DNA of 56,307 nucleotides, filler included, from Sphacelaria rigidula (GCA_964200075.2; 7 parts of 7 records of this genome joined end to end with filler, not necessarily neighbours in it), one strand, 5' to 3'; counted from the first letter of the whole stretch, positions 25,370 to 37,854 are shown. The notes: a model not told the origin generated them from the letters alone. Numbers and translations: made by a program.

Positions 25370-25479
25370 CACGGGTGGCCACTGGGGTGTCTGTAACCTC
25401 AAATTTGGACGTTGCAGACCTTGTGCAACGTCTGTAACGCCCAAATTTGAGGTTGCAGGCACCCCAGTGGCCACCCGTG
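25370..25479. mobile_element. 110-bp hairpin MITE with CAC...GTG termini
   Basis: CACGGGTGGCCACTGGGGTG pairs perfectly with CACCCCAGTGGCCACCCGTG. The arms are about 50 bp with a few transition mismatches. Confidence 0.75.
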
Positions 25480-26942
25480 TGGGCAAACATCCCCACTGTG
25501 GGTCACCTGTTGTGGACCAGCGCAGGGGGTACCGAAATCCCTGTGATCATGCAACCTGTAAGAGAGAGTTTCCTCACAGGATGCACCTGTAAAGTACCGG
25601 CGCAGGGATGCCCTTGTGACAGGGATTGCAGAGATGCCCTTGTGACAGAGATGCATCCCTGCGCAGGTACCTCACAGAGGAGACCTAAGACATCTACGTA
25701 AACAATGGTTGGTACTATGGAGATGCCGCCAACCCTAACGCTAACCTAACCCGAACACCGACCAAGGCATATCGAGAACCCTCGGGCAGGGGGGGGCTGC
25801 AGAGTGTTTCTGAAGTAAAGCGTGCGTTGCGAGAGCTCAAATCGACGCCTTTGAGCCAATTTTGGGCCAAAACACGTTCTGGACGAGCTGGGTCTACTGC
25901 TCACCACTGCTCACCTGCCCCAAATCATGAATTTTCTCAGAGCTTTCTTCAGTCTGAAATCAAGTACGAGTACCAATTATTGTTTGCGTATGTCTCTTTA
26001 GTTGAGGGTGATTTGAAATCCGTGCGCGCGAGGTGAGGCCGGCATGTAGAGCACCCTGCACAAGTTCGCCGTGTACTACCAGGACGCGACTTTTTTTCAG
26101 TAGCAATCACTTATATGTGCTGTGACGGGTCTCGTGCGTGATGGGGCTTTTCCCACCTCCGCACACCGCCCGTGAAGCGAGCTTTTCATGATGGAAGTGC
26201 CCACCCCTCTTCCCGTGATGATCTCCACTCTTGGTCTGAGACAATTGAAACTGTGAAAATTGACAGTATCTACTGGAAGGTACATATTCTCCCACATAAA
26301 TGCCCCCATAATATGGAAAAGGAATAACACTGATATATTTTCGACTTGCGTCACCCCCGGGAGGCCAGTACCAACCTCCCGAAGGGGAACCCCGTATATA
26401 CATATGATATTGACTACTTGTAAAGAGTCAGGTATGGCGGGACTGTACTCCGCGTGCATTGTTCAGATGTGTACTGTATGTCGGACGCGTGCCAGCTCTT
26501 GTGTTCCCGCCTACATATATTAGCCCGCACATGTAGTGGCACGGTAGTGGCACTATATTGCTCGCGGCGTCAGCGTGTTTGCGCTGTCGGTGGGCTTGTA
26601 CCAACGAGCATTGGGCACACGCACAGGACTGCTCGGGCAATATATTATTCGGGTTACTCCTTGCGTGTCCAAATGCACGACTTGCCGCGGATATTGGAGC
26701 GTTTGTGCCAGAGCCTCCTAGCGGGCGAACCTGTTCCCACGACCCGCAATGACGAAAGCCCTAGTGTGAATGATTGATGTGCGGCATTGTGAAAAGTCAT
26801 TGCGTGGTTCAAGTCGTTTGGATTCACCTCAACTACTCGTCACATCATGTCGCCACACCATATGCACCTTCCCATCAGTCTTCTTTTCGACACACATCTA
26901 CTCGACAAGGGGTATCGTCCCTTCACTTCATGGGGCAATACT

Positions 26943-27259
26943 GAGTCATGCCACGACGGCGGGGGGGTCGTACTCATTTTTTGCTTGCCTTAGTCGTTTG
27001 ACCGTTGACCACGCATCCCTTTCGAGACTGAGCACCGTTCCTATTCCTAACAAAGACACTTTCAATATTCCGGAGCTCATGACGTTTCTTCCATGTATTA
27101 CACAAAAACCTGTTACATATCTGTTTCGCCGTCTGCTGCTTTATACGGCTTGTACCCAAACACAAGCGCACCACGAGTGGTTTAGGTCGTTTGACGCATC
27201 TATGGGCACATTTTTTCGTGGAATCGAGCACCCCCCCCCCCCCTATCGTAGCATGGCTC
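26943..27259 (+). mobile_element. Sola2-like MITE (GAG...CTC termini, 4-bp TSD TACT) with a nested repeat
   Basis: TACT|GAGTCATGCCACGA...TATCGTAGCATGGCTC|TACT. The right half aligns with 45420-45547. Confidence 0.7.
26969..27097 (-). mobile_element. Retroposed repeat copy 3, next to the G-run of the MITE TIR
   Basis: Reverse complement of 14303-14430. The GAGTACG end lies 1 nt from a G7 run (C7 on the element strand). Confidence 0.75.
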
Positions 27260-29079
27260 TACTACTGTTCGTCACTTCACTACTGGGGCATCGTGACTTC
27301 TTCACATCGTCATACTTCGGGCAACTAGTGAGGTTGCTGGGCAGCAGTAAGGCATACTGCCCCCCACCGGGGATTGTACAAGAAATTATATGCTTACACG
27401 TACATTCATTACCCCTGTTTCATCTAGGGTTTTGCTGCATTTGATTTCAGCATTTGCACATGGATCCTTATTTTTGCATCGTGTTATTTTGCCCCCTGTT
27501 ATTTTTCTTCTTCTTTTCTTTCTCTTTCCGCTTTTGCGTGCTCTTTCCTGCTGTTTATCAACGGTAATATTATCTTTCTCTCAGGCTACTGCACTATTCT
27601 CACTTGCAGTCCCCTTCACACCCATGTTTTTATGTTACTGTTTTTCCTTCCCCCTGTGCTCTTTCTTCTGTTTTTTCATATCAATATTCCCCTCTTTCGC
27701 TATTATGCTATGTTTTATACTGGTGATCCTTTCCCTTCATCGTCTGCACTCGGCAGTCGCAGCTCAAAATGTATTATTGACGTTGATCTTTTATTTTATT
27801 TCCACTGACTGACACATTGATGTCTTCCTCTTGTTCCCTTCCTGCAGTATGATGCATCTTAATTTTCTGCCGTCATTCTCCTTTCGCTGTCCTCATGTAC
27901 TAAGTTCTATTCTCTCTACCTCCCATGGTAATTTCGCTCTACTGCCATCTTCGCTATTGAGTTGCTACTGTCATGCTGCAAGCGTATAGCCCGTCCACCC
28001 ACGGTGTTATTCTGGTGAGTATTTTGCGAGCTCCCATTGCCTGATGCATGAGGGTACACCCCGGGTACAACAACCATAAGAAACCGGAGACGGCAAATTA
28101 CAGCGACGACCGCTGAGCGCCAACGAAGCCAACTCACGGTAACGGATGAGATCGGGCATCGACAGCGGCTAAACCAATCGTGACCAACAGAGGTTTTGCG
28201 AGACACCGGAGAAGGTGGGGCAACTATATGTCGGTAATGTCGTAGCGCAAGATCAACATGTGAGACGGTACTCGTAACCTTGGTGCGGCAGGCGTTTTTG
28301 CGCTGCCAATCCTAACCCCGATACACGTAGTTGGATTCGTCATCGTACCCCTGCTTTTGAGTTCCTACTCACGGATCCGTCACATTCTCGTGAGAGTAGC
28401 GGAAGGTCGGCCCAAACTCATCTCGGTTAGATCCCTATCGAAACTCCCTCCCGTGCAGCACGCTCCAATAGTGTCGCTCGATCCACCCGCCTCTGAAGTA
28501 AGCGTATCAGATACAACTATGAAATAATTAGGTGAGGCAGAAGAACGGGAGATTGTGGACGTCCTGGTGGGATTTCTTGACACTGGGCTGTTCTATACGA
28601 ACCCGAAGTAGGTTGCGGTATCCACGAACGGTGAGCTAGAAGTCCCCCTCGTTGACGAGTACTGTACACCCATTCGCAGCAAATCCACTACTATTTTAAC
28701 TGAGTAGTGCCACAGCTCCCCGAGTGGTAGACCAGAGACCGCCCGCACAGCACCGATCGAGGTTCTGTAACAGGTGCCAGTCCTGGTCATGCCGCACAGT
28801 TAGCGAACGAATGGAGGCAGGCGAGATGCTCTTCACAGAGGGGGACGCCTGCTTCATCCGTGGACCTCCACGTGGTGGACTCAGCGGCCAATGATCATGC
28901 CCTGCAGACCCTCTTTAACGCATCCAGTCTGAGGGCTCGCAAGGAGACCCTTTTCTGGAACAGGTGAGATCGGAACTGGGGGGGAATGGGACTGCCGAAA
29001 CTGTAGGTGAGAGGCGATCGGACTACAAAATAGATAAGTAAGGCATACCGCGATACCTGGGAGTCGATGACAAGGAGCT

Positions 29080-29850
29080 GCCGGTGGTTCCAAAAATGAT
29101 GATAACCGACCTGTTAGCACACGTTCACATATTCCACGAACATGTAGGAGTCTCGTCAAATTGTCATCAGGTAGGGGCGTGCGGTAGACCTCGGGACGAG
29201 GAGGAGATCAACTTGCCAGCGATTGAGGTAACGTTGCATTCACGTAAGTATATCTTCCTGGCAATGAATCTCGCTCCCCGATCCTCATTTGGTTTTCCGC
29301 CGCCATTAAAGTAAACAAACGGGGTAGTCTGTATCCCCGCGGAATGTGCCTAACTTCCTGTGTCCCTCAAAAGATTCGTTGAACAAAGGCGAAGAGTTCA
29401 GCGTGGAGGTAGTTACCGATTTGTGCAGGTGGCTGACAGAGGACATCGCTGTCCGAACCGTCAGATCTCCCACGCGTTCAGGGCGCATTCGAAAGACCGG
29501 GAGGATGGCTGCCGGACATACTGTCGGAGCTTTGCAAGCCATAACCTCAGGTGGGATGAGTACGCCTCGTTCGCTTTTTGGATCAAGCGCATATTGCCTG
29601 ACAACTGCTTCCCCCGGACATCGCCTTCCAAGTTGCCGTTTGGACACAAACCACGTACATCGCTAGACTCGCTAGACTCACCTGTACCCCTTTCACAACA
29701 AGCAGAATTAAGCAGGGGACTAGACGCTTTCGTACAACAGCGTAAACAGCGCCTACGAGGTGAGACTGATGATGGATCTGGAGCGAGACTTCAACGCGTC
29801 GAGATGGCAGAGGCAGGAAAATACAGCACAATTACACCGTACCTTGGAAA
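29080..29850 (+). pseudogene. Highly decayed RTE-like LINE fragment
   Basis: VPKMMI...IFHEHV resembles RTE 'VP.KMI..I..FH.GM', and NLRWDEY...DNCFPR resembles 'RLRW.GH...D.R.PK'. Many lesions; boundaries approximate. Confidence 0.45.
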
Positions 29851-30599
29851 GGTAGAGGTATTGATGATGGGACTCAGTCTGGAGGTTGTGATGCAAGGCC
29901 ACAAATTACATACGCGTAAGATAGTCCATCATATGTCAAATCGCAGCTCGTATGCCCACCTCGCCTGAGACATTCAGTCGCTGGCGGGTGTGCCTAGTTC
30001 GCCTGAACACTAGACTGCTTCAAGGCGACGCCAACCTTCAACCCCAAACCTCACCTCCTCACTCTGATAGACTGTCGCAACTTCAAATCCAGGGCAGAAT
30101 TTTAGGTTGGGAACACCGAGGAAAGACCCAGGATGAAGCAGTTTCGGAGTGGCTACACTGGAAAGCTCGAAGCCTCCACAAGTGGACGGGTTCCACGCTC
30201 ATTGGCGTGTACACTACCCAGCCAAGGCATCAAGTATGCCATCCCGCCCGAGCACGTCATGTCCCTCTGTCATGCAGTGATGCTCTAAACATGTACCCCA
30301 TAGGTGAAAGTGAGTCTACATTTTGCTTAATGCAGTGCTGTCTGAGCCGAACTCTCTGGTGAATGTCGTGTGCAAGACTAGGTACTTGCACTTATCTTTT
30401 CGGCTGACCGCTGGTGTTCCACCACCCCCAGCCTATATGTCTCACGAGCTTGGTCCGCCCACCCTGCCACTCGACCATCGCACTCCCTCATGGACAAACA
30501 CGAAGAAACTGTTCGGTGCACTAGTGAGTGTACTACGCGACGGTCTACTCGTTACGTTTCAGGTGGTCCTTGATAGACACCAAGGGAATCCAGCGGTAA

Positions 30600-31728
30600 C
30601 ACAGCAAACAATTCCTTAGCATGGCATGTTTTGGTCCAGACTGCCATATACATCGTAGCCGCTTCCTGTACAATTCGGTATCATTGATAAACATCTTGGG
30701 CAACCTAGCTGCGTCGATGATGCCGCGTTTATTCCGAAATCGGAGCAGTATCCCGCCACACTGTGTTGTAGGCGTCTTGCTGGTTGGCTCGCCTTCTTCC
30801 CTTCGGCCATTGCTCACGCGTGACGACGTCGGAGAGGCATTCGTCGTGGATGCGTACGACTTTGCGGGCCTGTAGTAGGAGGATTCGCCTCATCAGGGTA
30901 GCCTCGATGCTGTCGCAACCACCTTTTTCGAGGACCTCGCGGTATGGCAGCATGTGATTGTCGGGAGCGCTGCGGCTTGAGGTATGCTTGCCGAGGTATG
31001 CACCTCAGCAAGAACCGCGGTTTGGCCTCCCGTGACGCGCCGAAATTGTCGTGAGCGATCGTCTAGGTCACGCAGCCGTAGAATAGTATAACATCGATCA
31101 CTTGAGTCTTCAGGAGACGAGCCTTGGTGGCCAGGGCGATGTACGGGTTGTCGTATATGCCGCTCTGCTGTACTTGAAGAAGCACATCTAGACCTGGCCA
31201 ATTCGGCTGTGTATCTGAGGAATGACATCGCTGAATCTGTTGATTGCCACCGAGATAAACGAAATACTCAACTTGCTTGTATCGTTTGTCCGTCGCTTCC
31301 ATCTCGACCGCACCCGCCTGCATGTTCGAGGAGCGCATGTGCACGGTGACTGTCTTTCTTTTCGCAACGACGGGGCCGACCGCCGCATAGACTTCGACGG
31401 CGACCGTCATCATATTTGCCGGGTTAAGTTTAGATCGCGAGACGATGCCAGCACCGTCGGCGTATAGCATGGCCCAGAGCGCTCTGCTAATTCGTTCCTC
31501 GTGTTCCCGCCTCTTTCAGCGATGCGGACGAATTTGTCCTTCGCCACGGGGTTATTGATCGAAAGCGGTAGATCGTCACCGTCAGCGCCAAAGCGAAGAA
31601 GATGCTGGACAAACGGAGGGGAAACACACAGCCTTCGCTGAGACCCTGATTAACGTTAAACCACTCAGACCTCTCGCCTCTGTCAAGGCGTACACATGCC
31701 CGCATGCCGTCGTGGAACTGGCGCGAGT
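30600..31728 (-). pseudogene. RTE-clade LINE reverse transcriptase and C-terminal region
   Basis: RQFHDGMRACVRLD.GE.SEWFNVNQGL.EGCV, MLYADGAGIVSRS, VEYFVYLGG and LPYREVLEK..CDSIEATL.RRIL. Frameshifted. Confidence 0.9.
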
Positions 31729-32066
31729 ACACACGCAGCCATTTGGGAAGATCCCGAAATGCCTCCGGAGGGATGCGCGGTCTTCCAGGGGGGAAAATAA
31801 GCCTCCGGAGGCCTTCAACCCCTGTGGAGGGAACCAAAATCTACCCACCCGGAGGACCATGCTCCCTTCCGAAGGAATTTGGGGGTTGCGCGGCCCTCCA
31901 GAGGCAACAACAAACCTCCGGAGGTGTTCAATCCCTCTTCTGGAGAGAATAAAGAAATATCCTCTGGAGGACCGCGCACCGCTCCGGAGGCATTTTATTC
32001 CTCTAGAGGCTCGAAACGTTTACCCACTTGGAGGAATTTTAGAGGTAGCCAAATGGACGCGTGTGT
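31729..32066. mobile_element. MITE inserted in the LINE, filled with CCTCCGGAGG-type palindromes
   Basis: TIRs ACACACGCAGCCATTTGG / CCAAATGGACGCGTGTGT. It interrupts the RT frame just before RQFHDGM. Confidence 0.65.
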
Positions 32067-32134
32067 GATGGATATATTGTGGGCAATGGCCTAGAAAAAG
32101 TATACCTTCTAGGTTTTTGCCTAGGAAAGGTACG

Positions 32135-32234
32135 NNNNNNNNNNNNNNNNNNNNNNNNNNNNNNNNNNNNNNNNNNNNTTAATTAATTAANNNNNNNNNN
32201 NNNNNNNNNNNNNNNNNNNNNNNNNNNNNNNNNN
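32135..32234. other. Artificial contig spacer
   Basis: N44-TTAATTAATTAA-N44. Confidence 0.98.
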
Positions 32235-33709
32235 AACCTGGTTGCCTAGCTTACGCAGTGAGTGGCGTGTTTTACAGCGTCATCGCCAACCGACGCCAAC
32301 CCCATCGGGAGGGAGGGGGGGGGGGGAGGGGAAGAACGCAAGGCGTATGAAGCAATAATCACAGCGAGATCGCCAAGAACGGACAACCCGGTCGAAACGA
32401 ATCAGTGTATGCAAATACTATAATTCCTCACCGCCGCCGCCGATTTTAGTATCAGCGCACACCTGTAACAAATGCCTGTGCAGTCCTACAGAGAGGATGC
32501 ATCTCCATCTCCATCACCTCAGATATACTTTCCCCCTTCTTTCCTCGCGGGTACCTACTGTACAGCTATCCGTTCGTATTTTCAAGTGCACGGCAGTACT
32601 GTACGCTTTCTATAACTACCAAAAACGCCATCACAGCGATCAGCAAACGGCTGGAGCAAAACACTCCATGATGCCAAACTACGACCTCATCATCAACCCC
32701 GAGTAGGGAACTCTCATGTCATGAGGCATTTTTGAAGGGAAAACGACCGGGTTTTCATGGCGGGTTGAGAAACGACCCGTGCACCAGTTACAAATTTGTA
32801 CCAGGTACGCGCGGGTATACCCTAGCACTTACAGAACCTCAATAGGCGAAATGCTCCTTGCTGGGGACATTCCATGCCGCTGCCCAAGGGCATGCGGCCT
32901 GGTCAGTGACCAATCCAGCCCCTTCCAACAGAGTATCCAGGTACACACGGGTGTACTAGCACGTATAGGCTAGAGTAGAGAAATGACCAACGGGTAGAGT
33001 ACTGACAACTGATACCTAGGCATACTCTCTCCGTGTCAATTTTGTCAGAAGGACATGCGAGCCGGGTGGCGATCAAATCCAACATTCAATACAAATATCA
33101 ACGTACCCCAACCCCTCGTCGGAATCAGCACATAATTTTCATAGTGAAACACTAATTCTTTTTAGGTGTTGAGTAAATAGATCTAGCCTCTCGCTTTTCA
33201 CGTGATGATAACCATTACCACTGAGCAGCCGGTACTATAATCAAATCAACAGACTAACTCGTTTTGGCATATTCACCTCGCTGCTGTCATAATGGACTCT
33301 TGGCCTCAATGAGGAGGATTGTCTCCAGCTGGCAGGGCCCCTTGATAGCACATACATAAATGTTGGATCTTTGATGATGGAATGTGACAAGAGCTAATGC
33401 TGGCACGTGTCGAATTGCTACATAATCGAGGGGGAAGCGGAACAAGAACTCCACACTGGAGATCGAAGGGTGGAAGTAAATGGGCATTTTTCACATGTCC
33501 CAGGTACGTAAGACATGCCAGCATAAACCCTTGTAATATTCCACAAGAGCGGGTAAGTGCGCGGGTAATTGAAGATTGATGGCCAGCCCGTGTTATCTCC
33601 TACTGAGTGCGTGCTCGGGCGCGTCCATATATATATATATATATATATTCGTGCATAAGAAGGTTGGTTGTCACGTGAAAGAAGAAAAAACACAACAATG
33701 ACAACAACG

Positions 33710-33710
<1 letters not shown>

Positions 33711-33800
<90 letters not shown>
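33711..33800. repeat. Perfect hexanucleotide microsatellite (CAACAG)15
   Basis: Counted directly. It explains the poly-L and (VA)n pseudo-ORFs. Confidence 0.97.
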
Positions 33801-33803
<3 letters not shown>

Positions 33804-33961
33804 TCACGACTATCACCACGACAAGAGATCTCAAAAATGGAAAATAAACAAAAACAGCGTCAATCGGCGTTCGACCGGTACGGTAAAGGAACTCGCGGCA
33901 AACGTTTGCTACGGCAGCACACACCGTGCAGTATGTGTGCCTGTTCGCAGCAAAAACGCAC

Positions 33962-34039
33962 CGATCTCCAATCGTTGACGACGGCCTGAAGAGCTCCGGT
34001 GATGGACCCGGACGTAACCGATACATAGATATTGGCCAT
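33962..34039 (-). CDS. OSCA/TMEM63 (CSC1/ERD4-like) channel, exon d
   Basis: AAG acceptor and GTGCGT donor. Encodes MANIYVSVTSGSITGALQAVVNDWRS. 78 bp, phase 0. Confidence 0.8.
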
Positions 34040-34625
34040 CTTCCAAAAGATAGTGAAACAAGCAAAGCAAAAAGGCACGGTAAGCAAGTGCGCATGATGG
34101 GCATCGCACACACAACACCCACTCTGATTTACGCAAAACAGGTGCAGCGTGAGCGAGAAATTATTTCTTCATCTGAGAGCCCCCTGCCGTCCCGCCGTCC
34201 CCAAGGAACAACGAATATGCACGCACAGCAGCAGCAGAAACACACGCTGAAAACACATACACAGGATCGCACACCATGTTTCAAGTTTAGTCCCCTTTGC
34301 ACAGGAACCAGTAGCCATATGTAAGAAAAATATATCACAAACTGCACACAGCCAGAGCTATCTTTTTTTGAAACAGCGCCATCGTTATGTTGCTATGCCC
34401 TCATCACGTTCCCCTTCGACTGCTCGAGCTTCGTTTACAGCGAGTCTTTGGTGCTTATCCACTGGACCCTAGCAATGAGCATTCCGAGGGTATGGGTCAT
34501 CAGTCAATACGAGAGGAACGATCAACCCGTCAACCGACCAATCAAGTGGTCAGCCATTGGTTCCAAAGCGGGGGACAAGAAAGGCAATGTAGAGCGAGGA
34601 GAGAGAGGGGGTGTCGTATCTACAC

Positions 34626-34706
34626 CTGATAAAGGAAGTAGCGCCCCAGGACAAGTCGCTGCACCTCGCTGTGGGACTTGACATACTCGTAGCGGTACGA
34701 GAGCAT
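34626..34706 (-). CDS. OSCA/TMEM63 channel, exon c
   Basis: CAG acceptor and GT donor. Encodes MLSYRYEYVKSHSEVQRLVLGRYFLYQ, matching the family pattern 'E...S.S..E......YF.F'. 81 bp. Confidence 0.82.
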
Positions 34707-35638
34707 CTGTGGAACGCAAAATCCGGCGTTTACAGGAAAGAAGCGTTTACAGCAGAGCACGGCATACCAAACGTTACTACGGCCGCATACGTGAAGTGTA
34801 GAGTAGAGTTTCAAAGGAATGTACAAGTACTGCATACCGAGTGAATCACGTGTTGTTGACCCTGCACCCTGCAGCAGAAACAGAACAAGATGGTCGCTCT
34901 CCCGTTGGTTATGTACGTACACTCGACTATTGTTTCAATTGGTCGATCAACGCACACGTTCGCTGGTGAGATGTCGTGCTTACAAAAAGGTGATGGAGAG
35001 AAATTACTCAAAACAGCTGGTGATGAGATGTACAGCTGGTGGATAAACGGCTGTACCTGAAGAAGTCATGATAGTATTCTGCAAAAGACGGGATCAGTCG
35101 CGGTTGCGAACTCCAGCATTCGCTAGCGCAAAACAAACGAAATGTGTGTGGAGAGCACGTTCCTCCTGTTCCTCCCGTTCCTCACGTCCCGAGGTCACAC
35201 AACTTCGGTCCCCTCAACAACTGTCACGGCAGCTTCCCCTCCGTTACCCAGGCAGCTTTCCAGCTGACCTGGTCTCGACGAGGAAATGACTCTTCATCCT
35301 AACTGCTATCTTAAGTACAACCTGTGTTTGTCACACACTACAGCACATCCACGAATACAGCCACCGCGCTAGCTAGTATACATGCTGGTGCTATTGAAAA
35401 TCTTCCAGTAAACAAAAAAGGCGCGACGGAGACAGATAAACTCGATCTCCGTTGAGTGCTGCTGCTGCTACTGCTACTGCACGTTAAGGGCGAGATGTCA
35501 AAACGACGCAAAAAGATGAGACTCATGACCCAACCAGTTTGTAGCGACAGAAACATAGCGAACTTGAGAGAGCACACATGTTGCTTGCGCTGTGGCGCAT
35601 ATACAGACGATACCCCATGCTCTCATTCATCACCTCAC

Positions 35639-35720
35639 CTGGAACAGGAGCGGCAGTACAAGGAGCAGCAGCAGGAGAGCCACGACTGGAATATAACCCG
35701 AGAGGAAGTTGTACAGGATG
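35639..35720 (-). CDS. OSCA/TMEM63 channel, exon b
   Basis: CAG acceptor and GTGAGG donor. Encodes ILYNFLSGYIPVVALLLLLLVLPLLFQ, matching the 'G.LP..AL......LP' TM helix. 82 bp, phase fits exon a. Confidence 0.82.
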
Positions 35721-36266
35721 CTGCATATTTCCACGTTTGTAAATTGTTTCCGGTGGCGAAATAAAAACAAGAAGGGGCAATAGGGGACCGGCCTGAGAGT
35801 TACGCGCGGGGGGGCGGGAGGGGGCGGGCAGATGGCTCGCATAAACGAGGCTTGCTCGATCTCGAAATGATGAGAAGGAGACGGGAGCTCCAAGACGACG
35901 TGCACGCGTGTAGGTTCCGTGCAGTCGCTTTATTGTCATGATCCATCAGAGACTGCACATTGCGTTTACCACCAGAGATCAAGTGTCCCGCCCGTCGCAC
36001 GCTCGCAATTATCGTATACGAGCAAGAGACATGGCACAGATAAATCCGTCAGGATTCCAATACACATGGCGTACTGTAAAATCATACTCCAGGAGTACGT
36101 TCATCGGATGCCCCGAAAAACGTCGCGTATTATTCCGCACCTTCCTATCGGACACTCGCACACAAGCGTCATCGTCGTTCCTCGATTGACAGCCACGACA
36201 TGCCGGGTACCAAACATGAGACATCCTTTCTACTGGTGAAAATCAAACGATCAATAGCCATCGAAC

Positions 36267-36331
36267 CTGTCGGGGTCGAGGGAGCCCAAGAAGGGAAAGA
36301 TCTTCTGCAGCTCTGAAAGCGACACCCAGGC
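36267..36331 (-). CDS. OSCA/TMEM63 channel, exon a (earlier exons not located)
   Basis: CAG acceptor and GT donor. Encodes AWVSLSELQKIFPFLGSLDPD(S), matching 'L..L....PFL'. 65 bp ending in phase 2. Confidence 0.78.
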
Positions 36332-37230
36332 CTGACAATACAGCAGCACGGAGTAGACGTGGTGTCATTAGCACACAGCAGAACGCAGATTGTATCCGTT
36401 TGGAGGGTAAACAAATAGAAAACAATCCACGAAAAAACCAATCAGCTACGAGTATGAATACATGGATACAGTTACATGCGGGCACAGCGTTTTGCAGACT
36501 AGTGATGGTGATAACACTGTGCTCCTGAGGAAGGCTCGCTACCGTAAGGGCAGTGCTCCTGCTCTACTCCCATGATTTTGGTGTCGTGGACGGATGTAGC
36601 GTGGAGGACACACACGGTAATGGCTCTCGGGAGAGTAAGTCCCTCGTGGATATGGTCTAGGGGACCGGAAGTGCGAAACCCCAGGATGGTCAGGAAAGTA
36701 CTCTTCACCAAAAACAAATGTGTTGTGACGGTGTTACAGAAATACATGATGAATGTGCGTGTGGGGAGAGACGCCCCGTAAAAATACCCGTCTTCACCCA
36801 GGTTTAGCTTGGCTTTTCCTCTCTGCACTGCAGGACACTCTGACGTACATGTGATGTCCTCCCAATACCTTACGACAGGAGATTTCATGCGCAATGGACA
36901 GGGGGTCCCGTGTGAGCCGGTGATGTCCAGTTCCTAGCCCCACACCGTACAAAAGATCTCAAAATCGCTGCGCGCAACCCCTTACCCGAGATAATATTGT
37001 CAAGCAGCCGATATTAAGGGGCCTGATCTGCAGTTCCACTCAAGTGGGGTCCATTTTGACCAGCGTTTTCCCGTCCTCGAATACAACCCTTCGTCCGCGA
37101 CGCTATTTTAACTGCGAACCGGTCGATTTTGCGGTCCGACTGGTCAATGAAGTGGGCATATTTCAACACTTCATCATCACTTGTATCACACGTCGACTAC
37201 GTGCTGAATAATTTATGCTAACTGCTGAAC

Positions 37231-37583
37231 TGGTCGCCCCGGTGGCTCAGTTGGTAACCTCGAAACCTTATGATGGTTCAAATCTCGGAGCGATTTGGGA
37301 TTTTTTCTCACACAATACCCAACAGTGGAGAGCGACGATGTCGTGTCGTGGGTACACAAAATTTGACGTCACGGTCGACGAGGGAAAGGGAACGCTGAAC
37401 CCCTCCCGCGATAAAAAATAAAGGCAAGTACCGCAGAAGGAAGGTGGAGAAGTAGAATAAACAAAAAAGAAAAAGCTCCTGTGTTGACCTTACTTCTGCG
37501 TGACCCCGCCTGGTGCGCCTACATATACCGAAAGGTGTAGGCTGGCGTCCAGAATAGATGGGATGACAACACACAACACACAA
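37231..37583 (+). mobile_element. Full-length tRNA-derived SINE
   Basis: Pol III A box TGGCTCAGTTGG (37243-37254) and B box GGTTCAAATC (37275-37284). 3' stem GCCTACAT...GTGTAGGC and CA-rich tail. 11-bp TSD AACTGCTGAAC / AACCGCTGAAC. Confidence 0.8.
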
Positions 37584-37606
37584 AACCGCTGAACAGCCCC
37601 TTGTTT

Positions 37607-37854
37607 GACACTTTCTACGATAGCCCTTCCCAAAAAAGCGCATGGTTTTGGGAGGCAAAATCTTCACCTAAATCGAAATGAGGGAAGCCGAGCACAACGA
37701 GCAGCTGGGAATTCCCACGTTCGGGTTCATTCTAGCCAGTGTTGCCAATATGAGGCACTTCGTGCAGCCCGTACCCAAACATCAGGCGCTGTATGGCCCA
37801 TTTTTTCGTGACACTTTTGGGCTGGTTTTGGGGGGGGCTATCGTAGAAAGTGTC
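37607..37854 (+). mobile_element. MITE with perfect 20-bp TIR (GACACTTTCTACGATAGCCC), copy 1
   Basis: The TIR pairs with GGGCTATCGTAGAAAGTGTC. A second copy is at 52637-52851. Confidence 0.85.

Noticed and set aside
27390..27900. Hydrophobic membrane-protein-like ORF
   Set aside because: Translation of a T/C-rich low-complexity tract (F/L/S bias). The same applies to the ORFs at 17026-17389 and 18348-18882.
31760..32035. CRISPR-like array of palindromic repeats
   Set aside because: Repeats are only 10 bp and degenerate, spacers are about 10 bp, the array is bounded by TIRs, and the context is eukaryotic with no cas genes.
33418..34122. ORFs with poly-Leu or (Val-Ala)n 'transmembrane' runs
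   Set aside because: These are translations of the (CAACAG)15 microsatellite.
37236..37295. tRNA gene
   Set aside because: A-B box spacing is too short, no complete cloverleaf is evident, and it is the head of a TSD-flanked SINE.
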